A program made the position numbers and the translations under genes. The notes beneath the pieces are model-generated. The model was not told the origin of the DNA, made no database searches, and saw only the letters and a program-made list of their open reading frames with translations. Of a DNA stretch of 64,000 nt, positions 25,193-39,821 are shown piece by piece. Position 1 is the stretch's first letter. Every line of letters starts with the position of its first letter. The DNA is taken from assembly GCA_020137815.1 (NCBI GenBank), contig CM035361.1, positions 3,596,001-3,660,000 on the forward strand, given 5' to 3'. The DNA is from Hormiphora californensis. Lineage: Eukaryota; Animalia; Ctenophora.

Positions 25193-28100
25193 ATGATACG
25201 TCTCCTTCTCTTCACAGCTGCATTTTGGAGGACAGTTGTTCTGACAGGTTGGTTTTTAGTTAGTCGATAGAATGTTGTTTATAAATTTTATATTTTTTAG
25301 TGGTCAATAATATTTAGTTAGGGGATTTTAGTAATAAAAGGGCCAAGTTTTCAGCAAAATTTTTAACAAGCTAATTTTTTCACCAATAGGTCCGGATAGG
25401 TGTCTAGTATGACCAAAAAAAAGTACACGATAATCGGAAGTGCGCACGCGCGCTGAGCGCACAAGAGGTAAACACATGTAATTACATGTATTTCTAGCCT
25501 GGCACGAAAACCCAAAAACCATCTTAGGAGACGAGTAGAGAAAAAATCAAGGGCACTAGATTGTGTAGCGTCCTCGCATTAGTGGGGGTAGGTGCTGGAA
25601 TTAAGTCTCTATCTCATCTGGTTAATTAGATAATTGGATAATTAGATATGCGCATAACCGTATTTTGGCTATATGGCTATAGCCACTTAGGAATGGTTTA
25701 GAGACTTTTCACTGGTGCCATTTTGTAGGCAATAGCCAAGTTATGGGGGGTCGACGTCGGACGTTTAAGCTCTATCTCCAACCGTTTGGCCGCTATTTGG
25801 CTTAAAAGATGCTCAAAATGAGCAAAAAACGGTAAAAAGCCCGATTTTGAGCATCTTTAAAGCCAAATAGCGGCCAAACGGTTGGAGATAGAGCTTAAAC
25901 GTCCGACGTCGACCCCCCATAACTTGGCTATTGCCTACAAAATGGCACCAGTGAAAAGTCTCTAAACCATTCCTAAGTGGCTATAGCCATATAGCCAAAA
26001 TACGGTTATGCGCATATCTAATTATCCAATTATCTAATTAACCAGATGAGATAGAGACTTAATTCCAGCACCTACCCCCACTAATGCGAGGACGCTACAC
26101 AATCTAGTGCCCTTGATTTTTTCTCTACTCGTCTCCTAAGATGGTTTTTGGGTTTTCGTGCCAGGCTAGAAATACATGTAATTACATGTGTTTACTTTTT
26201 GTGCGCTCAGCGCGCGTGCGCACTTCCGATTATCGTGTACTTTTTTTTGGTCATACTAGACACCTATCCGAACCTATTGGTGAAGAAATTAGCTTGTTAA
26301 AAATTTTGCTGAAAAAATATACTAAAATCCCCTTATTAATTGGTCCATAAAACATAACGTTTTGTAGAGGTTTGACGGTTTTTTGTTTTTCAGACTGGAT
26401 AGCTGTAGAGCGGGATGTGAAGATACCCTGGGACCTGGAGGCAACATCTCTCCAGATAAAGACAGACTCGACACTGGGCAGTGGTGAGATGATCTATGTG
26501 GAGATGTACGATAATGGTGGCAGCTATATAGGTCGTGATGTGCTTGTGAAGTTCTCCTCCCCAATGCAGTATTATATAGCCTTCTGCACCGGCACCTACA
26601 TAGACCTACCAGTGCAACCCCCGGTGGAGGTGGACAAGATCTGGACAATCACCAAAACAGAGTCCGCCCTCATCATCACGTGTAATAATGTGGAGGTGCT
26701 GAACTACCTGTTCGCAGATAGTTCAGATAGCAGCTGTGTTCCAAAGTGGGGTGGTGATGTTGTGGAGCAGATTTTGTTTCACAGTAGTCTTGACACAGCA
26801 TCTGACTTCTACAAAGCAGGTAAATGTCTAAATTTAATTCATAACACTTATAATTAAATTCAAAATTGTATGCATACTGCAGTGTTAACTGTGACAGACG
26901 ACATGTCGTCTGTCACAGTTAACTCAGTAACTGGTTAACAATGAAGTCACCTACTTTTTGGCACCAAACAGCTGACTGTTAATTTATGATACGTTAATTT
27001 CATACCAGGCTGGACAGCTGTAGAGCGAGGTGTGAAGATACCCTGGGACCTGGAGGCAACATCTCTCCAGATAAAGACAGACTCTGCACTTGGTAGTGAT
27101 GAGAAGATCAGGGTGGTTATGTACAACAAGGACAGCAGCTCTATCAGTGAAGTGTATGTGTGGTTCACCTACCCCTCAATGCGGTATTTTATAACCTCCT
27201 GCAGCACCGGCTGGGCAGACCTGTCAGTACAACCTCCAGTTGAGGTGGATAAGGTCTGGACGATCACCAAAACAGATACCGCCCTCATCATCACATGTAA
27301 TGGTATGGAGATGCTGAACCTCCTGTTTGAAGATGGTCCAGATAGCAACTGCGTTCCAAAGTTGGGTGATGATGTTGTGGAGCAGATTTTGTTTCATAGT
27401 AGTGACGCAGCATCTGACTTCTACAGAGCAGGTAAATGTCTAACATAACTTTTATAATTCTATGCATACTGTCACAGTTTAAGGGTACGCCGACTGAAAT
27501 TGTTTTCGAGTGCAGGGCAATCTTTCACCGTAGGGTTGTAGGCCATACCAAGGGGACCTCAAATATGCAATTTTAGCCCCAAAGTTGAATTCATGTTTTT
27601 GCTACAGCCGTTTAAAAAATGTCCCGAAAAGAGGTTTTTGACATCTCAAAAATACATTTTTAGAGATAGGAGCATGAAAATTTGGGGATTTGAAGAGGAC
27701 ATAGAGGTGATTAACCGAAAGAAAAATTTTTGAATCCGAGCAGATTTCTGGTCGTGAGATGGATTTTTTTAATATTACTTTAACGCCCTATTTGGAAAAT
27801 ATGTGAAGGGTGTAAATTGGTGAAAAGTTGCGTCCAACGATTATCTCAGTAGCCATAAATTTTGGGCGTGTCCTTATTTGAGATAAGTAATAAGTTGTAT
27901 ACAGAGGTTTTTTTTGTAAAAGCCGTGTTTTTGAAATTAGAGAAATTCTCTGTATCTCAAAAACAGCTGATGATAGAGACCTAAGAACACTCTTAAACGA
28001 TTTGGAAGGTCCGATTTTTTGGGGGGGGGTCTTTTGAGAGACATTTTCTCCTACTTCAACCGTTTTTGCCGTAATTGTAAAACACAGAAACCCAACTTCG

Positions 28101-31100
28101 CCATCGCAGGATCGACGGGCCGGAGGATGGGACGGGATGGATGGGCGGGTGGTGGGGCGGATGGAGGAGTGGGTGGAGGAGTGGGTGGATGGGTGGGTGG
28201 ATGGGGAGGACTGGGTGGAGGAGTGGGTGGATGGGCGGGTGGATGGGTGCGACCCAAGGCATGGTTAATTTTTAATTCGTGGTGAACTACAACTCTTGTA
28301 GCTTTCCATTACCAATATATTTTCTGTAATGAACTCACACTGTAATTACTATTTCCATTCAGATCAATTTGAGTGTCCTGCTTTCACTGTTGAGGGATCA
28401 ACACAAACAAACTGGCCTGCCTCGACGACAGGGACAACTGTCACCATTGAATGTGTTGCCAACCACATCCTAACGGGAAGTGAAACATTGACTTGTCAGG
28501 ATAATGGATCGTGGTCAAGTGATTTACCACAGTGTGTTGGTAAGTTCATTGAGCACTTTACACTCCATCTTATTCTATAATTGTCGGGTTTGGGAACCGG
28601 AATCGACCGCAACTTTCGTAAAATGCGATATGGTTTTCACACTTCATTAAACTGAACCCTAAGCCGAACTGAACCGAACAAAATGTTTTATAAAGTCGGT
28701 AAAATTTGAGTAATGTTTGTTGTTTTTCAGAGTGGACAGCTAATCCGCGGAATAATGCAAAAATACCCTGGGACTTGGAGAGTACACCTCTCCAGATAAA
28801 GACCGACTCAACAATGGGCAGTAATGAGATAATATATCTCACATTGTCGGGAAGTAACAATTATCATATTAGTGAGATAGTTGTAAAATTCTTCTCCCCG
28901 GCTATTGAGTATCAGATTTACTTCTGTACAGGCTCGCAGTCAACTGACCTGCCAGTACAACCACCGATTGAGGTGGACAAAATCTGGACTTTCACCAAAA
29001 CAGAGACCGCCTGGATTATCACATGTAATGGTGTTGAGGTGCTGAACTACCAGTTCATAGATAGTCCAGATAGCAGCTGTGTTCCAAAGTGGGGTGGTGA
29101 TGTCGTGGAGGGGATCAATTTTCATCACACTGTTGACACAGCATCTGACTTCTACAGAGCAGGTAAGGCTGACGACCATATTAGACTGGAAAGAGCAGAT
29201 AATTAAACTTTTAGTATGGGGAAAACGGTTCCCTAGTAAAGGTCGCGCGGGCAATTATGGTGAAAATTGGCCAATCTACAAACATTAATTCGCGAATCCT
29301 CAACAATATTGGCCAATCTTCGCTGGATGCGCAAATAGATTGGCCAATCTTCGCTGGCCATGGCTGAATTTCACAGCTGTTTCGCGCGCACACAACCCAA
29401 GATAACTGGTTTCGCGCCCCACGTCTATGCCACTCGATGCTCGCCAAATACCCCGGTAAGGGATCAGCCGATGATGCTATTTGAATAATGTTACTTTGCT
29501 GGCAACATGCTTCCAATGAGATTCAATAACATGCAGCAATGTGAATTGAGATGATCCAATTATGAAATGTTACTTTTCGGTAATCTGGTACAGTCTTATC
29601 GGTGCAGTGATACTATACTGATGTTAGGGATCAGAATGATTTGAAAAGTAGACACCAAGAGGATTGCAGAACACCCGGAATTTTGATTTTAGCATAACGG
29701 GAACCATTTCCTCCCCATGGCGCCCTTTTTAGGGACCAAAACGAGGTCAGGGCCAGAGGGTACTCGCGAAATACGGTCTCTGCGCCCCCAGCGACTCTCT
29801 CGACAGACACAAATTGGGTCGAGGAGAGTTAAAACTTCCTCAGAAATATTCAGGTGTTTTTGAATGACCGATATGAAAATTCAATTAAATGATATATATA
29901 CCAACTAAAATTTAAAATTACAAGAGCGGATTTGGCTCAGTTGATAGCAGCTTGTCTGTCACCCTCAGGGCGTCGGGTTCGAGACCAGAGCATCGACCCT
30001 TTTTCCATATTTTTTAAAAACATTTAGGAAATTGGCACAGTATAGTGAATAGATTGGTTCAATCGAAAAATAAGAATGAACTGCCCCATTTAATCCGAGG
30101 AAATCGTGTATAAAATTTGACAAAACATAAAATTTATAGGGGCAATGTAATTCCTTCACTAAATGGTACTAATAGGTCCACCCTACCACCAAACGAAAGT
30201 TTACCAACCAACTCCATGGGGGGAGGTCCGATAATTGGCCTTAATTGGCACCTGTATTTTCAGTATGGGTCCAAAAATATAAATTCTCTTAGAATAGGAG
30301 TAGAGAAGAAAATAAGGGCACTAAACTGTGTAGCGTCCTCGCATTAGTGGGGGTAGACGCCCGTGAAAAGTCTCTATCTCATTTGGTTAATTAGATAATT
30401 GGATAATTAGATCTGCGCATAGCCGTTTTTGGCCATACGGCTATAGCCACTTAGGAATGGTTTAGAGACGTTTCACTGGTGCCATTTTGTAGCCAATGGC
30501 CAAGTTATGGGGGGTCGACGTCGGACTGTTAAGCTCTATCTCCAACCGTATAGCCGTTATTTGGCTTTAAAGGTGCTCAAAATGAGCAAAAAACGGTAAA
30601 AGCCCGATTTTGAGCACCTTTTAAAGCCAAATAACGGCTAAACGGTTGGAGAAATTTAGGAGTTAACCCGGGGCCCCCCATTGGAAAAAAAGGAAAAAGG
30701 GAAAAAAATTTAAACCCTTCCTAAGGGCTATAGCCCCGTATGGCCAAAAACTATTCAATTAAAATTTAATTTTAAAAAAAAAAAGGGGACTTTTTCCCCG
30801 GGGTTCCCCCTAAAATTGCGAATCACATTTTTGCCCTATTTTTTTCCTCCCCTATTTTTAAGAGAAAAAAAACGAAAAACAGGGGGCCAATTAAGGGCCC
30901 AAACCCTCCCCCCCGGATTTGGTTTTGGAATTTTTTTGGGGGGAGGGTGGACTTTGTAAAAGTGGAGAATTACCTTCCCCCTTTTTATGGCCTTTTCCTG
31001 GATTTTTTCAAAATTGCCCTTTTTAAGATTTCTAAACCCCCCCGTAATGGGGGGGAAAGGGAAGGGGGTAAAGGGGGGAAGGGGAAATCCGGGGAAAAAA

Positions 31101-34100
31101 AAAAAAATAACCTCTGAGGGTTTTTTAGGTTTCCCTTTTTGGGGGGAGGGAAACTACCTGGGGCGGGGGAGGGGCGAAAGGGGGAAGCAAAAGGGGGGGA
31201 AAAAAGAAGAGGAGGGGGGAAAAGGGGGGGGTGCGAAAACGCCCCCGCCCCAGGGGAAAAGGAAGAAACCCCCCAAGGAGCAAAAACGGGAAGGAGGGCC
31301 CGGGGATCTATAGGGGGAAAGGGGCCCCCTTCTTTTTTTTCCTTTTTCTTAAATTTTTCCTTCTCCCTTTGGGGCGCCCCCTCTCTCTGCTTTCTTTTTT
31401 ATTTTTTTTTCCCTTAATATTCAAGGGAAAACTCCCCCCGCGTTTGAAAACATTGTTTTTAAAAGTTAAAGGGGGAACTCGTATTGAATGTACCCCCAAA
31501 CCCCTGTTTCTAAATTTTTTTGGCTGAGGCTCCTTCCTCCCCCTTCCGCTTTTCCTTATTCCCCCCTTTCCCCAATTCAGGGCCCCCCCTCATTTCCCCC
31601 TCATTCCCTCTTCTCTCCCAAACTCATTCCCCCTCTCATTCCCATCTCTCATTCCCCCTCTCATTCCCACTATATCCCAATCTCTCACTCCCCCGCTCAT
31701 TATCCCCCTCTCATTCCCCCCTCTTTCCCAAACTCATTCCCATATCTCATTCTCCATCTCCCAATCTCTCATTCCCGGTTCCCCATTTCATTATGCCCCT
31801 CTCGTTATCCCCCTCTCAGGTGTGGTACTGGCTATTAATTATCGCACATTGAGAATCAAGTGTCCTGATTGGCCAGTGCATCTCTATCTCAATTCACACA
31901 TTACGTTCCACGTTTTTTTTTTTTTTTGGATCGTCCCCGTGCTAACATTTGTCACTCCCTGTTACACACCATGTATCCTGGCCATATGTGCCACGGTTTG
32001 ACAGATGTTATTTTCACAGCCACCTGTTTGACCCCGGTAGTGAGGGCCGGAATACTGCCTTTAGGTACCCAATCACTGGTACTCTGCCTAATCATGCTGG
32101 CCATTACCTGTCTGGCGGTGCCGACCCGCTTTGAGTGTCAAAACCCAGGCCTGGCTCCGCCCTACAGGCAGTTACAGTATAAAATCAACCAGGCTTGTGG
32201 GCATAGCGTTTGACGGTACAACCTTAATGCACTTTGGTCTTTGCAGCACAGATGTGTATAGTTTGGGGAATGAAGCGGGCAAGGGCAATGTTCGTGATGC
32301 TTCGTTATCGGTCATGAGTGTCAAGGAGTGAGCGCCGTATGCTGTTCATGATTGTATTTTGTGTTCATGCATCGTGGTATTAGGCTCAGGGGATAGGGAA
32401 AGAAAAAAACACAGAGAAAGAGAGAGAAAGAGAGGGAGCTGGCTCCTATAAACGTACTTTACGTACTGTTGATAGCGAGAGAGAGAGAGAGAGATATATA
32501 GAGAGAGAGAGAGATAGAGAGATATATAGAGAGAGAGATAAATAGAAGAAGGGTTAACAGAGCCGACCAATGAAAACTGGAGACCTACTGCAGCGGACAA
32601 CCTTACCATCCCCCACCCAACCCAACAGAACACCCCAACCCCAAGGAGTAGCCTAATTACTAATTAGGCAGAAGTAGCCCCCAAAGCCCTCCATTCTCCA
32701 ACCGATCTACTGAGGCCAGGGAAGGAATCATTGGTCGACTCTATACGCAAGGAAAGCAAGACTTGGTTAGCAAGCAGATGTAATGTATGAAGGTGCGTGC
32801 TGGATAACTAAGTATGTACTTATGAGGTGATTGCATGGTATGATAACTTTTTATGGATGGACTATACTACAGGATATCGTCTCCCATAATATGGCTCACC
32901 CGAGAAAGATAATAACTCCAATTAACCCCATCCCACACACCAGATATCGCCCCCCCCCCCCCCGTTGTGATCGTGAGATAGGCGTGAGATGAGAGAGACA
33001 GACAGTGAGAGAGACAGAGAGACATCAGACAGTCGAGGGAACCCCGCTCCAGGAAGGTGACGAAATAGAAGCCGGGTCCAGAGTGAAGAACCCAATTAGA
33101 CCTCCAGTGCCAACAGCGATGATTATCTCCACATTCCAGGAAGACCTCCATTAAGAAATTACGGGATGACATCCAAAACCCCCTTGGAGAATGGAGAAAA
33201 AGGTGATGAAAAGGGATCGGCAGGAGAGATAAAGATGAGAGAGACCGGCGATAGAGAAGGAGACCAACGAACTAGAAGATATGAAATAGAAGACAACCAC
33301 GAGATCCAGAGTGACGAAACTGCTACTGGTCCCAACTAGAGAGAGAACCCCTGATCCGAAGAAGAACCGTAACTGGAAAAGACCTATCTAATCCAAGACA
33401 AGACGAAAACTCCGGGAGCCGAGAGAAAAAAAAGGCAGCGGAGAAGAAGCTGTCGCCACTGGCCCCAAGAAGGCAACTAGAAACAGAAATAGTGCCCACT
33501 GTGCGTGAACTGCACAGGAGATGAGCATTGGGAACGAGGAAGCACCTGGAAAATGGGTGGTTGATTGTGATAAATACAATAGATATATATTGTGATCCTG
33601 CAACATGTTTGGGTTAGGTGGAGAGTGAGAGATCTTTACCTCTTTCTCGCACGGGAGAGATGCCCTGTGAATGAAACCCGTATTCGGATCGGTGTTAGTG
33701 AGTAAGGTGGGACTAACCCAGATCCCCCTCCCCCACACCAAGAGCCCCCTTGCCCAGCCCCTGTCCCTTAGCCAAGCCTCTCTAACTGCCAACCTACTGG
33801 CCCACACGAGGCCCCAGTCCCCACGGAAACACAACTGCGGGAACCCCACACGGCACACTTAGCCTACACTAGCCCAATACAACCGGAGGGTACGCAGACC
33901 TGACTAGGAACGGGAAACAAGAAAGGGAGGGACTAAGGAGAGGCCAGAGGAGCAGAACCAAAGAGTACAGCTAGGACCAAGTGCCTAAATACAAGAACTG
34001 AACAACTATAAAAAACTCCAAAAAAATACGTGCGGGAGCACGAACACAGAGACAGGCAACACAACCTAATGCCAAATACTCCCCTACCCCGGCACGTGAA

Positions 34101-35222
34101 ACACGGTCAACAATGATACCCGAACTGACAGGACAGAAGACACCCTAGAACTGTGAACAGGCAACTATGAACTATGAAATTGACAACAACAATTACTGAA
34201 ACATACATAACAAGACAATGAATAAATGAATATTGAATAACAGAATGAACGATCTTATCTGATAGACGATTGTAGGTAAGCGTTGTAGTTGACTGGTCCT
34301 TTGTTGTTATTGCTGGTAGTAGTTGAAGCTAGCTGGACTTGGTTCACCGTGGTAGACAAAGTGGTGAAATTCGAGAAGGCCGGGAGAGGGGGAGAGATCA
34401 CCCGCACAATACAAGAGAGAGCAAAACACGAAGTGCACGTTCCACGTTATTGTATGTCACGCTGATACCTTCACGTGATGGAAAAGAGAGGTCGATGTTG
34501 TAGAAAAGATCAAGTTTAGCAGTACTGATGACACAGCATCTGACTTCTACAGAGCAGGTATAAAGGGCAGTGCTGTTTGTAGTGGGAATATTAATACGGC
34601 GTCTGAATAATATGATATTTGACGTATAGTGGAGAAACCAGGAACCGACCGAAACAAGTAAACAACCAATCAGAGCTCGTTATTTAGTTCACATGACTGG
34701 TTATCAGCCAATCAGGGACCAGTATTACCTGATTCGGTCGGTTCCTGGGAGAAACCGTGTCCAAACACCGTGCATAGACGCACCGTTTGTGTAACACGCG
34801 GGTAATAAAGCACACTTTTTCAGCTAGATCAGGATGAACATGTGTTTATTGCCAGCGTGCTACGTAAAGTGTGCGTCTGCGCACGGTGTTTCGACACCGT
34901 GTCTCCACTACCAACGACACTGTATCAGCAGTTTGGTTCAAATAAAATGAACGAAAATCCAAGCTTTCCATGACATATCATGTACCTGCATTTTTCAATG
35001 AACTCACAACATTTAGTATTTACTATTTCCATTCAGAGCCAATTGTCGAGTGTCTTGCCTTTACTGTTGAGAGATCAACACAGGGAAACTGGACTGCCTC
35101 GCCAACAGGGACATCTGCCACCATCGAATGTGCTGCCAACCATATCCTTGTGGGGAATGCAACACTGACTTGCGACGATGATGGAACATGGTCAAGTGAT
35201 GTACCACAGTGTGATAAAATTG
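25193..35222 (+). CDS. Secreted modular protein A: signal peptide, IPWDLE domain x2, sushi, IPWDLE domain, disrupted IPWDLE domain, sushi
   Basis: Exons 25193-25247 (MIRLLLFTAAFWRTVVLT), 26394-26819, 27009-27431, 28363-28539 (sushi C..C..C..W..C), 28731-29162, remnant ~34479-34557 (...DTASDFYRA), 35037-35222 (sushi). All junctions are phase 1. The 3' end is unresolved and the region could hold two genes. Confidence 0.8.
25321..26332. mobile_element. ~1-kb palindromic MITE, PIF/Harbinger-like, in intron 1 of gene A
   Basis: TIR GGGGATTTTAGTA, TTA on both flanks, arms ~480 bp nearly perfect. Related sequence at ~30300-30760. Confidence 0.85.
27483..28085 (+). mobile_element. Single arm of the Kolobok-like foldback family at 1-1211
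   Basis: TTAA|GGGTACGCC start; high similarity to 1-420 and to the reverse complement of 610-1211. Confidence 0.8.
31915..34436 (-). mobile_element. ~2.5-kb non-coding poly(A) retroposon insertion
   Basis: 12-bp direct repeat ACGTTCCACGTT at 31903-31914 and 34437-34448; poly-T at the left end; no recognisable ORF. Confidence 0.7.
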
Positions 35223-36550
35223 GTAAGTTCATTTAGTAATTTCTAATACCGTGATCTTCCTGCTTATTAATTAAGCAAACAACATTAAAACTTCATGAAG
35301 CCAATTGTTATCTTACCATATAAACCTAAAAAGGTAACAACTTAGATATCTCCACTACAAGAATAAGCTCGTGTAAAAAACTTTTTCTTTCATCAAGAAC
35401 TGTTGAACTAAAACTTCCTTGTTTTACTTGGAAACCCCAAATATATTGATTTTCTGATCGGTGTCGGTAAGAACTATTATTAGTCGATTATTAATCTTAA
35501 TATATAGTTTAATATAATTAATATTAACTCGGATATGTCTTTGTTTATTAAGGGACGCTAGTGAAAATGCCCAACAGATAATGATCTTCTGGAGCGTTTA
35601 ACAATTTTCGTTAATTATTTATAGTTTCATGCTTTTTACAGCGATCTCAGTTATTAATAAGTTATAATTTTTGCAACCCTGGCCTAGTAGGGAAACCATT
35701 CGTTCATTCAGGTCACGGCTATTTACGCCTGAGACCTGAGATGTCAGGGATGTTCTTGATCTTGGCTATTCCCTAAAAATTTCCCTGAAATCTCAGGGAA
35801 TAGATTGGGCGGTAGGCGGACTCTAGTGCTAACGGACTCTATATCTAAACCCAAGGAGGACTCTATATCTAACCCTAACCTTTACACTAACCCCTAACCT
35901 CGAACCCAAATAACAGCCCTAACACTTCTAAACGAGTATAGAGGCACAGCAAACTCTCGCTTCCGGCCTAAGGGCCGAAATCTCGAGTTCGCTTTTCGTG
36001 ATTTTAGCACTAGAGTCCGCTTACCCCGACGTCCGCGGTGGCAACTTCGCTGCGAAGGGAATAACCGTCACTGAGATCTGAGGTCATATGCATAGTGGTT
36101 ACCGATTCGATGAAATACAGTAAGAATACGCGCAAGCAACATATCGCTAGAACGCTTTCGTATGACAATTGCTGCCGCCTTTTACAAGTCTTTTACGTGT
36201 ATTTTTGCTGACTTTGTAATGATCAGTGAGCCAATGCGCGAATATATCAAATAATGATGCATGCATGCGTTCTACGCCAAAGCTGCAGTATAGATGTTCT
36301 ATCCGTTAATGGACACTTATTATAGAAAACAGATCCAGTATAATGACAACAACATATTTCCAAGTACCAAACTTGTGTTTTCCTTGTTTTTATATATCTT
36401 GGTAGGAGTATGACTTTTATAGACATCCGTTTCTTGCACTATAATCCAAACCCGGACTTAATTTTTAGTCTCTCTTTAATGATTTCAATGAATATATTTA
36501 ACTATTGAATACAAGAAAAAACTTTTTATGCTGCTGGAATGATAACTTAC

Positions 36551-36730
36551 CAATTTCATTACACTGTGGTGCATCACTCGACCAAGATCCATCCTCCTGA
36601 CATGTCAGCGTTCCACTTCCCACTAGGATATGGTTGGCAGCACATTCGATGGTCGCAGTTGTCCCTGCTGGTGAGGCAGTCCAGTTTACTTGCGTTGATC
36701 CGTCAATAGAAAAGGCTGGACACTCTGGTG
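36551..36730 (-). CDS. Sushi/CCP exon of the same modular family (parent gene unresolved across the gap)
   Basis: ttccattcag|..PECPAFSIDGSTQVNWTASPAGTTATIECAANHILVGSGTLTCQEDGSWSSDAPQCNEI|gtaagt; phase 1-1. Confidence 0.85.
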
Positions 36731-37783
36731 CTGAATGGAAATAGTTAAAGTTTATAAGGCTATATCCTGCAGCAGTAGGTCTATTTAGGGTCTATGTACA
36801 TGTCGGTCCTTTATCGGGAGAAAACTAACTTATCTACTGTTCCCCCTACTGTTTCCCTATGGCACTTTGCACTAAATGAGCAAAGTACCATAGGGGCCAG
36901 GGGGAACAGTCGTGCCTAAATCTCAGGTTCAGGCACAACCCTAGTAAAGGTCGCGCGGGCAATTATGGTGAAAATTGGCCAATCTACAAACATTAATGCG
37001 CGAATCCTCAACAATATTGGCCAATCTTTGCTGGATGCGCAAATATATTGGCCAATCTTCGCTGTTATTCAGAACGCGCAATTGTAAAGCCGCGCTAAAA
37101 AATGTTAAAGCCGCGCAAAATTATTTAAAATGCAAGCCTGAAAGTCGCGTTGGATGCACGGCAACGGTTACCACAATGCAAGGAAACTTCTGTGAAACAT
37201 CTCACCTTCCCTTTCTAACCCTATCGCCAATTGCTACCCCCTTTCCCGTGCTGTAAACCTTTTGTAAAACATCTTACCTTCCCTTTCTAGCCCTCTCGCC
37301 AATTTCTACCCCCTTTCCCGTGCTGTAAACCTTTTGTAAAACATCTTACCTTTCCTTTCTAGCCCTATTCTACATCCTTCCTGCAGCTTTCTCTCACCTG
37401 TTAATCGTGGTTTCATCCCCCTTCATGGACACTCTTTCTTCTCAATCTGGGTTCTGCTGGATTTCCTTCTACGACCCTCCTGCGGCTTCCTCTCACCTGT
37501 GGTGTTTTCACCTATCTTCCCTGTGATCTTCTCTCCCCTCCTACCGCTTTCTCTCATCTGGTCATCATGTTTTCACCTCTCCTTCCCTGGGTGTCCTCCA
37601 CGAAACTAAATTCAGTTTAGTGTTGAAATTATTTAGAACAAGTTAGGAGCGACTATTATTTCGCTAAACTTTAGAAAACCGTCCACGAACAACATGTTTC
37701 GGAGCTTGGTCCGATCCACGTGATCTGAGGGTGTTATACATGTGATAGAATGCGACACACAATGGGCATGCACTCTCTCTTTT

Positions 37784-37883
37784 NNNNNNNNNNNNNNNNN
37801 NNNNNNNNNNNNNNNNNNNNNNNNNNNNNNNNNNNNNNNNNNNNNNNNNNNNNNNNNNNNNNNNNNNNNNNNNNNNNNNNNNN
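37784..37883. other. Assembly gap (100 N)
   Basis: Run of N. Contiguity and orientation across it are unproven. Confidence 1.
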
Positions 37884-38079
37884 TATTGTCTAACTTGGTA
37901 CAAGCGGCATACCAGATCAACACCAACACCGCGTGTGAAGTTTCTCTTTCAGAATATCAGACCTTTCTTCTCCATCCGGGACAAGTGCATTCTAATCCGG
38001 TCATACAAAATAACTCGCAGACTGCAGTGCCGCTAACATCTGTAGCGGTGAACATGATAAACTCAGGTTTATTACCACA

Positions 38080-39167
38080 CAGACAACAGTGAAAGCCACG
38101 CAACTCACATTCGATTATAAAACATAACATGACTACCGACAAACATGCATAGTGGATCAGCTGACAGTTCAGCTGATGCCACAATATTAATGAGGAGTTT
38201 TATTATTAGTATTCACCATTAAAAATCGGGAGCATCGACTGTCTGAAACACATCTTTGATGAAACGACGGAGACACCTGTCTCCGTTGGAGCCGGGATGA
38301 CGAGGTAGCTTTCCCCGCCAGCTCCTCTACCCGCACGCCCAGCCATCTGGAGTAACGACTCGGCAGTTTTCGGATGCTTCTGCAGTAGCACATAACGGAC
38401 TCCTGGATTATTAATAATTCTACTTAGGGAACATTAATTTGCAATTCTTCGTAACATCTAATTCATCAATTTCTTCCTATAATATTATCTACATAAGACA
38501 CATGATATAAATTATAACTGTACACATACATTATATATAATGTGTCAGACACATGATATAACATACCGACACAATCCACTCCCATGGATAGTAATGGCGT
38601 AGTGATGACAACCCTCAGCTTTCCGTTAGGAGATAGCAGGTCCTCTACAACCCTCTCCTTCTCCTTCTTTGTACTGATCGCTGTCAGGAGAGTTATCGAA
38701 CAGTCCACGATTCCTCCAGCTATGTCCTGTGCGATTATTCTTGGGTTAGGTACTCTCATTTCATTAGAGCGATAAAATTTTGAAAACTGAAAAGGGTCGT
38801 TGCTCAGTTCTCACTCATATCGTAATTCATAGTGTGTACGTGCCATGTGAGCCACAGAGAGCAATTGGAAATTGCGCTTTGGCATTAAATACGTAAGTAA
38901 GATAGGTAAGGTGATGACCTACTGGCCTACTCAGTACTCAGCATGTAACAATTACCTCATATACACGTAACACTCTCATTGCATCGTTCGTATCCCCACA
39001 GAAGATCATTGCCCGTGCTTTGACTGTGGCTTCTTTGAAGATGGCCTCGTGGTGATGCCTTAGCAGTCTATCCACAAAAACCACACTCATCTGCAACTTA
39101 ACAGGGTTCCTGCCAAAAAGAAAGTAGACGTTGGAAAAGGAGAGAGAGAGAGAGAAGAGAGAGGAAG

Positions 39168-39219
<52 letters not shown>

Positions 39220-39761
39220 TAGAGAAGAGAGAGAGTCATATAGATCTGATCGCGAGATCTAGAGCTACTATAGAGCGAGAGAGATCGCGATCAGTCTAGC
39301 GAGATAGAGAGAGATTGAGAGAGATGAGAGCTCGATAGAGATCTCGCCCACGGAGGCTCTCCTCTCAGGCACGAGAGAGAGACAGCGACAGCGACATAGC
39401 AGGGAGGGGTGGATAGGTAAGTAAGATGTAAAATCTGTAACTCACATGAAAAATTAAAATCTGTACTCGAAAAACACGTTTGAAACGAACACGATTGACA
39501 GCGTTTGAAAGTGAGGAAAGGAAAATTGCTTCACAATAAATGCCAGTCTATTCAACATTCTGATCAACGTACTGATTTGACTGTCAGTGAGAATAAAAAT
39601 GTGTGTGTGTGTGTGAGAGAGAGAAAGTGAGAGAGTGAGAGCGACAGAGACACCAACTGAGGATCATTGAGTATCAGATCCCACATTTCACCCAGTAGTC
39701 CACTGTGCGTGATGAGATCCCCCAGAGAAATTGAGATGGGAGAGAGAGAGGGGAGAGAGAG

Positions 39762-39821
<60 letters not shown>

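Noticed and set aside
30987-31852. Gly/Lys- and Pro/Ser-rich ORFs
   Set aside because: Low-quality, low-complexity sequence.
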